A stretch of 63,393 nt of DNA, counting the filler. It is 3 parts of 3 records of this genome, joined end to end, with 100 filler letters (N's around TTAATTAATTAA, not from the genome) between each part and the next. Parts side by side here need not be neighbours in the genome. Positions count along the whole stretch, not along the records: positions 1 to 27,605 come from SRR31156797_322; 2 more parts are not named here. One strand, written 5' to 3'. Positions within the stretch are counted from its first letter, which is position 1; each line of letters starts with the position of its first letter. Shown in pieces: positions 1 to 10,469 of this stretch. A program made the translations under genes and the position numbers. The notes under the pieces are model-generated. The model did not search any database. It saw nothing but the letters and a program-made list of their open reading frames with translations, and was not told where the DNA came from.

Positions 1-1
1 A

Positions 2-640
2 AATAATAATAATGGCAGCAAACATCCATAGCATAGCAATAGCCCGCCCCAATTTCGTCTTTGGGGCCTTGTCGCCATATCCAACGGTGGTCATCGTAAC
101 TGCCGACCACCACAAACCATCAAAAAGTCCGATTAAATTTGGCCTGAATTGATGTCTGTTGTGTTTTCTTTCCACCAGCCAAAGGATGGTGCCAAAAACT
201 AAAATGACCAATACTAGTAAAAGTATAATCTTTAAGAATTGATAAGAGAAAAAGTTCTTTATGAAAATTCCGGTTTGACTTTGTTCCGAAGTTGTTATTG
301 CCACACCTATCGACGAAACAAAAAAAGGTTGGGTAACATCTAACAATCTTAATCGGACTTCATTTACATGAATGGGATTAATTGATAGGTCTATTTCTTC
401 AAAATCGAGAGCTCGGATCAATCCAAGGTGATCGTTGTACTCAATAAACTCATAGGTTATTCCTTGTTTTTCTGCAATTTCTTTCCAAAGATCAATACTT
501 AGCCCCGTAAATACATTATTATCGCCTTTAATTACAAAAGGGGGTTCATGTTTTACTCCAACCTTAATCTTTTCCATATCGTTACCATAAACTGAGAGGA
601 AGCACAAACTCATTAACAATATGGCAACAGGCTTTTTCAT
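2..640 (-). CDS. GluR0-like ligand-gated K+ channel (periplasmic solute-binding domain + pore); runs off the window start; not in the ORF track
   Basis: Manual translation from ATG at 640: MKKPVAILLMSLCFLSVYGNDMEKIKVGVKHEPPFVIK... then a TM helix, then DGLWWSAVTMTTVGYGDKAPKTKLGRAIAMLWMFAAIIII. The K+ selectivity filter TVGYGD is at 88-71. The start overlaps the upstream stop (ATGA, 637-640). Confidence 0.9.
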   Translation of the reverse strand, partial: MKKPVAILLMSLCFLSVYGNDMEKIKVGVKHEPPFVIKGDNNVFTGLSIDLWKEIAEKQGITYEFIEYNDHLGLIRALDFEEIDLSINPIHVNEVRLRLLDVTQPFFVSSIGVAITTSEQSQTGIFIKNFFSYQFLKIILLLVLVILVFGTILWLVERKHNRHQFRPNLIGLFDGLWWSAVTMTTVGYGDKAPKTKLGRAIAMLWMFAAIIII

Positions 641-3534
641 CTTTGATTGATTTGTTCCAGGTAGGTTGCAAAAATACTCATTGCTTTAAGCGCATAATCT
701 TCAAAGAAATTCTCCTTTTCTGAGTAAATGGAAAAAATTGCATTTTTATTATTCAGAAAGAAAGGTACACTGATCGCCGATTTATACCGGTGCAGTCTAA
801 GGTCTTTTTTATTTAAAAGTTCAATGCTTTGCCGGGGGAGGTTATTTAATACCATGGCATTGGCAGTATTTATACAATAGGCAGCCAGGCAGGAGCCTGG
901 ATCATAAGGGATTCTGGCATCGGTAAATCCTTCCTCCTGAAGGGAATACCCTTCAAACTCCAATGTTTTATTTTCCCGAATACCAATTTCAAAGGCTATA
1001 ACTCCTGGTATTTTAAATAAATCTCCTGAAATAATTTCGAGAACAGTATCCCATTTCATCCCGGGTCGTATTTTTGACATAAGCCTGTGCATTACTTCCA
1101 GGCTCAGTAAACTTACACGTTGCTGTTTTTGTCCCAGTCTCATTTCCGACTTTGCTTTGGCAAGATCTGCTTCTTTTTTAATGATTTCTTTTTCTCCTTT
1201 TTCCAGTCCATGACTTAGTACTTCAATATGTTGGAGGTATTTCCTTTTACGTAGGATGAAAAAGGAATAGATCAACACAATTGAAAATCCTCCCAATAGC
1301 CATAAAAAAGTTCTGTTTTTATACCAATATTCGCGTACATGTACATTGACAGTTGTTGGTTTACTCCAGATATAGCTGCCTTCTTGTCTCGATCGTATTT
1401 TTAAAACATAGTCTGAAGGCAGTAAATTGGCGATTGTCAAATTTCTGTTTATCGATGGTTCAGACCATCCTTCATTGTTTATCTTATATTGATAAAATGT
1501 CCGGTAACCGTTAAATGCCGGGGAAACATATTCCAGTGTAAAACTTTGATCGCGAAAAAGGTTTATTTTATCAGTAGCATATTTATTCCCGTCGATGGTA
1601 CACGATATCAACCAGGGCCTATTACTTTTATGTGGTTTGGGCAGCGTATCAAGAGAGTAGACCATCCCCTCCGCTGTTCCGATCCATAAGCGTAATTGAC
1701 GATCCTTAATTAGACAACGATACGACATAACCTTACTGGGCAATCCACATTCTTCCTGCATCAGAACAGTTTCTCCTTTCTCATAGCGAAGAACTCCTTC
1801 GGTGTCGGTCGACATCCATATGCTTCCATCGGGCATGCTTAAAACAGAACGGATTTCAGTTTCCCCGAATTCAGATCCTAAATCTACCTTATTTATCCGA
1901 TCCATATCATGTTTTAACAATCCATCGGTAGATGCCAGCCAGATGATTCCTTCATTGTCTACCGTAAAATCGTGGACTTCAAAATTCGGATTTACATAAA
2001 ACTTAAAGGGCAAACTTAAATTAATAAAGGTATCTTCTTCCGGTAAATAGCGGTAGAGGTATGTTGTTGCTCCAATTCCGGAAGCATAGATCCGGCCATT
2101 GGTAGTTTCTTTTAAACATAAGATTCTGTTTTCAAAACCCTTATTAACATCATATTCCATCATCGAGCCATCGGGCTGTAAACAACCTATGCCAACGATG
2201 GGTTTATCTTTTGGTGCCTGGCAAATCCATAACCTTGAGCTACTGTCACGAAACAGGTAGAAAATACCTTCACCACGTTGTTTTAAGTTTACCGAGCTTA
2301 TTTGTTTCCCATCTTGTGTAAGGTTTATCAACATTCCCAGGCTGGTTCCAACCCATAAATTATTATTCGATGTGGTTAGAGCTGTTACCGTACCTTTAAT
2401 GTAAGAGGGAATACCATGACCATCAAAGCCTAAATCGGTGCTTTCAATAGCATAAATGTCTCCGAAATTCACAAATGTTCTGCCATTCTCTGCTACCGAT
2501 ATTGAGGTTGTATGGGCATTCGGTATGGAGCCTACCGTTTCAAAAAACCTTTTTTGAAGTATGCCCAAACCTTCAGCCGAACAGATCCATAATTCTTCAT
2601 CGGAGATCAAAACAATTTTATTAATATTTTTAAAAGGAAGCTCATCAACTCTGTGAGGATCGTTGTTGCTGAATACTTTAATGTATTTATGTTGCCTTTC
2701 GTGTTTTCTGTCGAGAAAAAATAATCCCTTGTCTTTTATCCCCAGAAATATATTTTCTTTGCTATCCAGGGCTAGCGTTGTAACCTCACCCAACTCTGAA
2801 TTATAGGTTTCTTTTTTTTCGATTTGGTTTCCATTATCATTGAGCTGAAACCTGTAAAGATGATCACCTGCGATCCATAACTCATTTCCCGATGATTTCA
2901 TGTTATTGATCACCGGTAGAATTGCTTTTTGTTCTAACAAACCGGTATTTGCATTAAAAAAATATAATCCGCCCTTACTATCTGCTACCCAAATCGCTTT
3001 ACTTGCTATTTCAGCAAAAAATGCTTTGATGCTTTTATCTTCGTAGGAAGTATTTGTTTTTATATTTAGATTTGCGTCTCCACTTGAAATTCGATGAATT
3101 TCACCACCTGCCTGGCTTATCCAGATATCTCCGTTGCTTTGCTGAAAAAGTTGGTCAGGATAATATAATGCATCTACCTTTGGATCTATGGAAGCTTTCA
3201 GGTAAGTCGAAAATATGGTTGTATCGAGCCCCGGTTTGATGAGGCTGATACCCTCATCGTTACTTAAAAGCAATCCTTCATTTGTTGTACAGAAATGCCT
3301 CCCATACCGGCTCGGTAAGTGTTTAGAATAGTTTACGAATCTGGAACCATCAAACCTAACTAGGCCGTTATCTGTAGCAATCCATAAAAACCCAAAAGTG
3401 TCTTGAGCAACATGTCTCACCTGATTGGAAGGGAGACCATTGGATTCGGAAAACAGTGAAACATGCATGTTTTGACCATTTACTGGAATAAAAAATATCC
3501 AAACAATTGCCCATATGATCAAAATTTTGCACAT
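637..3534 (-). CDS. Membrane sensor: two-component-type beta-propeller + Y_Y_Y domain + TM + coiled coil + C-terminal GAF-like domain; no kinase
   Basis: Signal peptide, GLPSNQVRHVAQDTFGFLWIATDNGLVRFDG repeats, YQYKIN...WSEP...YVLKIRSR, TM after EYWYK, and GAF-like end SAISVPFFL...IFSIYSEKENFFEDY. No H-box or ATPase motifs are visible. Confidence 0.75.
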   Translation of the reverse strand: MCKILIIWAIVWIFFIPVNGQNMHVSLFSESNGLPSNQVRHVAQDTFGFLWIATDNGLVRFDGSRFVNYSKHLPSRYGRHFCTTNEGLLLSNDEGISLIKPGLDTTIFSTYLKASIDPKVDALYYPDQLFQQSNGDIWISQAGGEIHRISSGDANLNIKTNTSYEDKSIKAFFAEIASKAIWVADSKGGLYFFNANTGLLEQKAILPVINNMKSSGNELWIAGDHLYRFQLNDNGNQIEKKETYNSELGEVTTLALDSKENIFLGIKDKGLFFLDRKHERQHKYIKVFSNNDPHRVDELPFKNINKIVLISDEELWICSAEGLGILQKRFFETVGSIPNAHTTSISVAENGRTFVNFGDIYAIESTDLGFDGHGIPSYIKGTVTALTTSNNNLWVGTSLGMLINLTQDGKQISSVNLKQRGEGIFYLFRDSSSRLWICQAPKDKPIVGIGCLQPDGSMMEYDVNKGFENRILCLKETTNGRIYASGIGATTYLYRYLPEEDTFINLSLPFKFYVNPNFEVHDFTVDNEGIIWLASTDGLLKHDMDRINKVDLGSEFGETEIRSVLSMPDGSIWMSTDTEGVLRYEKGETVLMQEECGLPSKVMSYRCLIKDRQLRLWIGTAEGMVYSLDTLPKPHKSNRPWLISCTIDGNKYATDKINLFRDQSFTLEYVSPAFNGYRTFYQYKINNEGWSEPSINRNLTIANLLPSDYVLKIRSRQEGSYIWSKPTTVNVHVREYWYKNRTFLWLLGGFSIVLIYSFFILRKRKYLQHIEVLSHGLEKGEKEIIKKEADLAKAKSEMRLGQKQQRVSLLSLEVMHRLMSKIRPGMKWDTVLEIISGDLFKIPGVIAFEIGIRENKTLEFEGYSLQEEGFTDARIPYDPGSCLAAYCINTANAMVLNNLPRQSIELLNKKDLRLHRYKSAISVPFFLNNKNAIFSIYSEKENFFEDYALKAMSIFATYLEQINQR

Positions 3535-3794
3535 CTCAATAACGGTTTATATATAAATATAAGAAATAAACAGGAATTAGTTATTAAGCAAATGATTCAG
3601 TCTGTAGTGTAAGGGAAAAGTTGTGGGTTGTTATGTTAATGATCTGTGAATAACAGATTTAAATAGTATTGTGTGGTTTTGTATTAAATTGGTAATTTTT
3701 ATTAAGTCTATCTTTCTAATGTTTTTAAAAAAAGAATAAATTATTACTTTTGACGCTATTCAAATTAAGAGGGGTAATAACAATAATTTAGAAG

Positions 3795-4997
3795 ATGAAG
3801 TTGCGTTTATTTTTAATCGTACTTGTTGCGATAGTTTCGTTTAGTGGATATGCTGAAGATGATAAGAAAGACAAGGTAAAAGGATATGTATTTGAAGAAG
3901 ATATTCAACTGCCAAGTACTAAAGTGAAAAACCAGTATCGGTCGGGTACTTGTTGGTCCTTTTCCGGATTATCGTTTCTGGAGTCAGAAATGTTACGACT
4001 TGGTAAACCGGAAGTCGATCTATCTGAAATGTTTATTGTATGGCATACTTATTCTGAAAAAGCTAAAAAGCATGTTCGCGTACATGGAAATTTGAATTTT
4101 GCTGCAGGTGGAGCTTTTCACGATGTAACCAATATGATTCGCAAATATGGAATTGTTCCTGAATCGGTATACAATGGACTTAATTATGGTGAGGAAAAGC
4201 ATGTTCATGGTGAAATGGACAATGTTTTAAAACAACATGTTGATGCAGTTGTGGAAAATAAAAACCGGAAGCTTAGTACAGTTTGGCACGAAGCCATTGA
4301 AGGAACATTAAACTCATACCTGGGAGAGTTACCTGTAAAATTTACCTACGAAGGGCTTGAATATACCCCACAGAGTTTTGCCAGCGAATTTGTTGACCTG
4401 AATATGGATGACTACATTGAGATTTCATCCTATTCTCATCATCCATTTTACTCGAAATTTATTTTAGAAGTACCGGATAACTGGTCGTGGGATGAAGTAT
4501 ACAATATACCGCTGAATGAACTGGAAGAGATAATTGATTATGCATTAACCAACGGTTTTACAATTGCCTGGGCTGCCGATGTTAGCGAAAAAGGGTTTGC
4601 TACCAGCAATAAAGGTGTAGCTGTTTTACCAGCCGCTCCGGAAGAGGATATGACCGATGCGGAAATTGCAAAGTGGGAAGCTTTGCCTCAGAAAGAGAAA
4701 GATAAAGCGTTATATAAGCTGGAAAAACCCGTGCCGGAACTGGTCGTAACTCAGGAAATGCGTCAGGTCGCATTCGATAACTATCAAACGACTGATGACC
4801 ATGGTATGCATATTGTTGGTACGGCAAAAGATCAGAATGGAAATACGTTTTATAAAGTAAAAAACTCGTGGGGTGATTACAATAAATACAACGGTTATTT
4901 TTACGCGTCAAAACCTTATGTGAATTACAAAACAATGTGCATAATGTTGCACAAAGACGGCATACCTCAAAGTATAAGAGAAAAACTTAAACTTTAA
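3795..4997 (+). CDS. pepC: Aminopeptidase C (C1 family cysteine peptidase), exported
   Basis: NQYRSGTCWSFS (catalytic Gln/Cys), DDHGMHIVG (His), VKNSWG (Asn); signal peptide. Confidence 0.9.
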   Translation: MKLRLFLIVLVAIVSFSGYAEDDKKDKVKGYVFEEDIQLPSTKVKNQYRSGTCWSFSGLSFLESEMLRLGKPEVDLSEMFIVWHTYSEKAKKHVRVHGNLNFAAGGAFHDVTNMIRKYGIVPESVYNGLNYGEEKHVHGEMDNVLKQHVDAVVENKNRKLSTVWHEAIEGTLNSYLGELPVKFTYEGLEYTPQSFASEFVDLNMDDYIEISSYSHHPFYSKFILEVPDNWSWDEVYNIPLNELEEIIDYALTNGFTIAWAADVSEKGFATSNKGVAVLPAAPEEDMTDAEIAKWEALPQKEKDKALYKLEKPVPELVVTQEMRQVAFDNYQTTDDHGMHIVGTAKDQNGNTFYKVKNSWGDYNKYNGYFYASKPYVNYKTMCIMLHKDGIPQSIREKLKL

Positions 4998-5002
4998 TGG
5001 AT

Positions 5003-5038
5003 AAGCCCTTCAGAACTTCTGAAGGGCTTTCTTTTTTT
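5003..5038 (+). terminator. Intrinsic terminator
   Basis: AAGCCCTTCAGAA-C-TTCTGAAGGGCTT followed by a T tract, just after the pepC stop. Confidence 0.85.
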
Positions 5039-5119
5039 ATTTCCCGATATTTTGCTGTTATTTTGGTGTTGTTGCTAAAGCATATAAAAATTGATTTACT
5101 TTTGGTGTAGCGCTACAAT

Positions 5120-6019
5120 ATGAAAAAACTACTAATTATAATTTTCTCACTTGCATTTTCTCAAATTACAATAGGGCAAGAAGAAGATTGGTCGTGGTGG
5201 AACGAACTTCACGGGTGGGAAAGTGGAGATCCCGGGTGGCGCAACTGGCTAACTATTTCTCCAGGATTTTTAGGCCCCAACGCTTTACCGGTACCGGACG
5301 TAAAACGAGGATTTATTGCTACAAATTCCGAAATTGAATTAACTGCATCAAGCCATTTTTACAAAGGAGATCCAACCCAAGATATTTCGGGTAGGGCTTT
5401 TATTCCATTTGCCAAAGGCAAAATTGCAATAGAAATGTATGGGGTTGTTTTAGAACATTACGCATATACCGAAGATATACGCAACGAGCGTGTTTCGCGT
5501 GACAAAGATGGAAAAGGATATGCTGTAGGTGACTTTTACTTTTGTACACTGGTTCAGTTATTTAAAAACAGACGTTTCCCCAATACTTTATTTCGTGCAG
5601 CATTAAAAACAGCGTCGGGCAGTGCTTACGATGCAGCACGTTATGCCGACGCTCCGGGGTATTTCTTCGATTTTAGTTTCTCGAAAGATTTCGGAAAAGA
5701 AGAAAGTTTATTATTTCGTCCCTATACTATGTTGGGATTTTATAGTTGGCAGACCAATGATGAATTAAACCTGCAAAACGATGCTTTTCTTTATGGTGTT
5801 GGTATGGACTGGATGAAGAATAGTTGGACCTTTACTTCATCATGGTCGGGTTATTATGGATACAAGAATAATGGTGACCGCCCGATGCAACTTAACTTTG
5901 AACTAAGAAAAGATTTTGAAAACAAAGCAATTAGGCTACAGTATCAACACGGACTTCATGATTGGTTGTATCGTACAGTGCGATTCTCATTCATTTGGAA
6001 GTTGGATGGTGTTAACTAA
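5120..6019 (+). CDS. Exported hypothetical protein, probable outer-membrane beta-barrel (paralog 1)
   Basis: Signal peptide, aromatic-rich alternating strands and C-terminal VRFSFIWKL; co-linear with 6360..7265. Confidence 0.65.
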   Translation: MKKLLIIIFSLAFSQITIGQEEDWSWWNELHGWESGDPGWRNWLTISPGFLGPNALPVPDVKRGFIATNSEIELTASSHFYKGDPTQDISGRAFIPFAKGKIAIEMYGVVLEHYAYTEDIRNERVSRDKDGKGYAVGDFYFCTLVQLFKNRRFPNTLFRAALKTASGSAYDAARYADAPGYFFDFSFSKDFGKEESLLFRPYTMLGFYSWQTNDELNLQNDAFLYGVGMDWMKNSWTFTSSWSGYYGYKNNGDRPMQLNFELRKDFENKAIRLQYQHGLHDWLYRTVRFSFIWKLDGVN

Positions 6020-6359
6020 TTATATGATTAATATTATGTTATAACTGTTGTATTCTATAGCTTTTTCCAGTAAGAATTTCTATAAATCAAAAGGCATAAT
6101 ACAATCCCCCGGTTTTTTCATTGTATTTAAATATTTCAAAAAAGATAAAAAGTTCCGAAAGATTCTTATTTGCAGGGATTTTAAACGTCGACTTAAAAAA
6201 AGAGATAGATAAAATTCAATTTTAAGAATCAGATATAACTCTCGTAATGTTTTTGTTTTCAGATGCCTAAACTATCTGTATAAACACTAATCCTTTTATA
6301 TCACATAAAATTTTCGTATTTTAAATAATAGGGAAAGGTATTAAATAGGGTTTTATCGT

Positions 6360-7265
6360 ATGAGGGGAATTATTATTGTAATTTTTGCCCTCTTAAACAC
6401 TTTGGTTTGTAGCTCGCAGATTGGATGGTCTGACTGGTCGTGGTGGAGAGAGCAACACGGGTGGGAAAGTGGTGATCCGGAGTGGCGTTATTGGCTGGTG
6501 CTTTCACCAGGAAAACTTGGCCCAAATGCTATTCCGGTTCCGGAGTTAAAACGTGGAATACTGGAAGGAAATGCAGAATTTGAAATTACAACATCAAATC
6601 ATTTTCATAAAGGGGATCCAACCCAAGATATCTCAGGTAGAGCCTTTATCTCTTTTGCTAACAGGAAGATAGCGGTAGAAATGTATGGAGTATTGGCTGA
6701 ATATTATTCGTATATAGAAAAAATAAGAAATGAACGTTTTTCTATTGACAAAGATGGAGAAGGCTATGTAGTTGGCGATTTTTATTTTTGTACTTTAATT
6801 CAGTTATCTCGCGATCGAAAGTTTCCCAATACCTTATTTCGCCTGGGAATAAAAACTGCCTCAGGAAGTGGTTTATATGCAGCTCGTCATACCGACTCAC
6901 CCGGTTATTTTATGGACTTTAGTTTTTCAAAAGATATCGGAGACAGTGATTATTGGTTGCTCCGACCGCACGCAATGGTTGGTCTTTACGTATGGCAAAC
7001 CAACTATCAATACAATTTTCAGAATGATGCTCTGCTTTATGGCTTGGGGACTGATTTGGTAAGAGGAAGTTGGAGGATTACTGCATCATGGTCTGGGTAT
7101 CAGGGGTACAGGAATGATGGCGATCGTCCCATGCAACTTAACTTTGATTTAAGAAAGGATTTTGAAAACAAAGCTGTAAAGGTGCAATATCAACACGGAT
7201 TGCATGACTGGTTGTATAAAACAGTTCGATTTTCATTTATTTGGAAACTTAATATTGTAGATTGA
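6360..7265 (+). CDS. Exported hypothetical protein, probable outer-membrane beta-barrel (paralog 2)
   Basis: Shares long blocks with paralog 1 (HGWESGDP, KGDPTQDISGRAFI, GDFYFCTL, DRPMQLNF, QYQHGLHDWLY). Confidence 0.65.
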   Translation: MRGIIIVIFALLNTLVCSSQIGWSDWSWWREQHGWESGDPEWRYWLVLSPGKLGPNAIPVPELKRGILEGNAEFEITTSNHFHKGDPTQDISGRAFISFANRKIAVEMYGVLAEYYSYIEKIRNERFSIDKDGEGYVVGDFYFCTLIQLSRDRKFPNTLFRLGIKTASGSGLYAARHTDSPGYFMDFSFSKDIGDSDYWLLRPHAMVGLYVWQTNYQYNFQNDALLYGLGTDLVRGSWRITASWSGYQGYRNDGDRPMQLNFDLRKDFENKAVKVQYQHGLHDWLYKTVRFSFIWKLNIVD

Positions 7266-7370
7266 TTCTATATGAGCAGAATATTTACCTTTGCACTTTG
7301 AAAAAAATTATCAATGTAATTCGGTAGCTACTGGATACAAACAAACAGAAGATATAGACTGTACGAACAA

Positions 7371-8315
7371 ATGAAAAAACTTTCGCTTGTAATATGTGTT
7401 TGGAATGAGGAACCAAACATAAAACCTTTGTCAGAGCAAATAAAAACTGCATTGGAAGGAATCGATTATGAAGCTATTTTTGTAGATGATGGATCGACAG
7501 ATAATACCCGTAAGGAAATCAGAAAAATAAACGATGACCGTTTTTTACTGGTTGAGTTAAAGCGAAACTACGGTCAAAGTTCCGCATTGCAGGCAGGTAT
7601 CGATCAGGCAGAAGGCGAATTTATTGCATTAATTGATGGCGATCTGCAAAATGATCCGGAAGATATTCCAATGATGCTGGAGATGATTGAATCGGATGAA
7701 TGGGATATGGTAGCTGGAGTACGGGCCAATAGAAAAGATGGGATGTTTTTGCGAAAAGTACCTTCTAAAATTGCAAACTATCTGATTCGCCGAACCACAG
7801 GTATTTATATGAAAGATCTGGGATGTACTTTAAAGATATTTACCAACGAAACTATAAAAAGCATTCATATTTACGGAGAACTGCACCGTTATATCCCGGC
7901 ATTGGTAACACTCGAAGGTGCTACAAAAATTACGCAGATTGACGTGAACCACCGTCCGAGAGAGTTTGGTAGTTCAAAATATAATCTTAGCCGTACTACT
8001 CGTGTAATAAGTGATCTGGTACTGATGTTATTCTTTAAAAAATACCTACAGCGTCCGATGCACTTTTTTGGAAATTTAGGGATTGTAACACTTGGAATAG
8101 GTTTGCTTATTAATTTTTATATGTTAATCCTTAAAATTCTTGGTAACGATATTTGGGGAAAACCTTTACTGTTACTGGGGATATTATTGGTTCTGGGAGG
8201 TATTCAATTTATAACAACCGGTATAATTGCCGAATTACAAATGCGTACCTACTTCGAGTCGCAAAATAAAAAGCCTTACCGGGTGAAAAGAGTTATACCT
8301 GCAAAAGAGGGGTAA
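7371..8315 (+). CDS. GT2 polyprenol-phosphate glycosyltransferase (GtrB/ArnC-like)
   Basis: VDDGSTD, RNYGQSSA, DGDLQNDP, ELHRYIP and two C-terminal TM helices. Confidence 0.88.
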   Translation: MKKLSLVICVWNEEPNIKPLSEQIKTALEGIDYEAIFVDDGSTDNTRKEIRKINDDRFLLVELKRNYGQSSALQAGIDQAEGEFIALIDGDLQNDPEDIPMMLEMIESDEWDMVAGVRANRKDGMFLRKVPSKIANYLIRRTTGIYMKDLGCTLKIFTNETIKSIHIYGELHRYIPALVTLEGATKITQIDVNHRPREFGSSKYNLSRTTRVISDLVLMLFFKKYLQRPMHFFGNLGIVTLGIGLLINFYMLILKILGNDIWGKPLLLLGILLVLGGIQFITTGIIAELQMRTYFESQNKKPYRVKRVIPAKEG

Positions 8316-8529
8316 CCTGCTTCTTGTATCGAAAATAGCGATGGTAGATTCATTCTTATGCCTCCAAATTTATATTAGTGGGAAAATTATAAACCTGTGC
8401 CACAGTTTATAGTATACGTGTACTTGTACTTAAAGGGATAGTTTTGTTTGCCGAAACTATGAGAAAAAAAATCGTTTAAGGGAAGTTTTTATGTTAATTG
8501 TCTTAATTTAGAACAATAAATCAGGAACT

Positions 8530-9219
8530 ATGATAACTCAAAAAACTTTTAAATTTTTAACCTTATTCTTATTTGTACTCTCAGGTTATGTTGTAAATGC
8601 TCAGGAAAGAACAGTTCGGGGTGTGGTAACAACCTTTGATAGTATTACCGTTGTTGGCGCCGATGTTTGGGTAAAAAGTTCAAAGCAGGAAGTTAAAACC
8701 GACACATTAGGCCAATTTACTGTTACTGTTCAGGGAAACGATAAAATAAAAGTTTCGGCAAAAGGCTTTGTAACCAGAAGTGTAAAGCTGGAAGAAAAGA
8801 CAAAACTGGTAGCGGTCAACCTTAAGTTAAAATCGGGCAGTAAGGCAACAGAATATGCTATTGGTTACGGATATGTACGAGACAAGGAGAAGCTTAATGC
8901 CTTGGCTCAAATGACCAATAAAGATGTTGATTTTTCGCAGTATGGCAACATGTTTGATCTGATAAGGGGGCGTTTTGCCGGGGTGCAGGTAACAAACAGT
9001 GGCGAAATTATTATACGCGGTGTAAATTCTATAAATATGAGTAGCTCAGCTCTTATTGTAGTTGATGGAATTGTAACCGACGATAGTATACTGAGCACAC
9101 TGGTTCCTGCTGAGGTAAAAAGTATTAACATTATAAAAGATGGCAGTGCGGCCATTTATGGAGCGCGTGGTGCAAACGGAGTGGTAATAATCGAAACAAA
9201 ACGGGGAGGAGACGAATAG
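8530..9219 (+). CDS. Stand-alone TonB-dependent receptor N-terminal extension + plug domain protein (no barrel)
   Basis: Carboxypeptidase-regulatory-like N-terminus and SusC plug signature SINIIKDGSAAIYGARGANGVVIIETK, then a stop. Confidence 0.8.
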   Translation: MITQKTFKFLTLFLFVLSGYVVNAQERTVRGVVTTFDSITVVGADVWVKSSKQEVKTDTLGQFTVTVQGNDKIKVSAKGFVTRSVKLEEKTKLVAVNLKLKSGSKATEYAIGYGYVRDKEKLNALAQMTNKDVDFSQYGNMFDLIRGRFAGVQVTNSGEIIIRGVNSINMSSSALIVVDGIVTDDSILSTLVPAEVKSINIIKDGSAAIYGARGANGVVIIETKRGGDE

Positions 9220-9602
9220 TCCTTCCTTCGGTTTAAGGCAGATAACAGTTGCCACGGAACCTGTAATAATTGATCAAAGTTTTGCAGTTTTGGTTGATTA
9301 ATTTTGGCGTGTTTATATAAATTTTGGTGAACTGAAAAAATGCTTCATTCAGAACCTCAATATTTTTTTAGCCTGAAGTTGGGACAAAATCGGAATTTTA
9401 AGTGTAACCCGAAGAAAGATGCTGTTCTCATCTACGGGAAGTTAAAGAGGTCGTTGGCTTTAAAAAGTTAAACCAGGAAGTACTCCAGAGGGTAGTGATT
9501 GCATTGCAACTACTTTATTCATCAAAGATAGATCGGCGAATTCTGAAACAGTAGAGGAAAGATTTATTTAGAAACATTATTCAATCTCAAAATAAAAACT
9601 AT

Positions 9603-9830
9603 ATGAGTAAAGCTGTAACCATAGCATCGTTTACCAGTAATTTCGATATGAAATATGTTTTATTTAAAGAAATGCTTGATGAAGCAGGAATAAAGTATAT
9701 GTTGGTTAATGAAATAACCAGTACAATCGATGGAACTTATAGTGGAAGTCCATCGAATATTGGGATTGAAATTAGGGTTATGCAGGAAGATGCCGAAGAA
9801 GCGTTAAAAATCTTCCAATCGATTAAGTAA
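9603..9830 (+). CDS. DUF2007-like small protein
   Basis: Pattern ...KEMLDEAGIKYMLVNE...IEIRVMQEDAEEALKI. Confidence 0.7.
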   Translation: MSKAVTIASFTSNFDMKYVLFKEMLDEAGIKYMLVNEITSTIDGTYSGSPSNIGIEIRVMQEDAEEALKIFQSIK

Positions 9831-9987
9831 GGTTTATTAAACAGGATTTTTATTCACTTCCAATTTCTTTTGTATTTCGCATAAAACAAAAGTGGAGGCG
9901 TAAATAATGTGTTATATTTGCGTCTATTCATGAATAAAAATCTTGTATTTATGTTACTTATGAACATCCCGTTTTAAAGCTTCCGGT

Positions 9988-10386
9988 TTAAGCTTCTGCC
10001 ATTAACATTCGGGCTTCGCTAACCAGTATCGACGGAAGTTGAATACTTCTTCGCTCGATACTTAATAACCAAAACCTTATTTCTTCTGTTTTTAAGGTAT
10101 ATAATACTTCCCTAAACTGATCGATTTGTGAAGCAGTATAAGCTTTCTCATTTATATTTTGAAATTCATCCAATTCTTCATCGTCGTAATATTCAATAAT
10201 GTTGGTATCAACCTTTATTTTATCAAATTCGCAAACCTCATGTGCTCCACAACAATCCGACGCCGGCACTGAGTCTTGTTGCTCAATTGTTTTTGTAGAT
10301 TTGCTCTTGTTCTTATTTGCTTTGATCAGAACAACAATGCCGATAAAGGTAAAAAGTGCTATAATGCTTCCAATAATTATTTCCAT
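9988..10386 (-). CDS. Conserved Bacteroidota membrane-anchored protein with CCGxHxxC motif
   Basis: N-terminal TM, DCCGAHEVCE, IEYYDDEELD, FREVLYTL. Confidence 0.65.
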   Translation of the reverse strand: MEIIIGSIIALFTFIGIVVLIKANKNKSKSTKTIEQQDSVPASDCCGAHEVCEFDKIKVDTNIIEYYDDEELDEFQNINEKAYTASQIDQFREVLYTLKTEEIRFWLLSIERRSIQLPSILVSEARMLMAEA

Positions 10387-10469
10387 GGCGCAAAAATAGA
10401 AATTTGTTGCAAAAATGTAAGGGGCAAAGGATAAGGTTTCTAAATAATTAAGAGAAAAAATAAAAGAAA

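Noticed and set aside
1489-3239. Short plus-strand ORFs inside the 965-aa gene, and similar shadow ORFs across the window (e.g. 12917-13396, 34092-34469, 48941-49447, 49650-50108)
   Set aside because: They are antisense or off-frame shadows of well-supported genes and have no recognisable motifs.
9220-9600. Riboswitch or ncRNA in a 380-bp intergenic gap
   Set aside because: Only short imperfect stems are visible, with no recognisable aptamer consensus. An Rfam scan would be needed.
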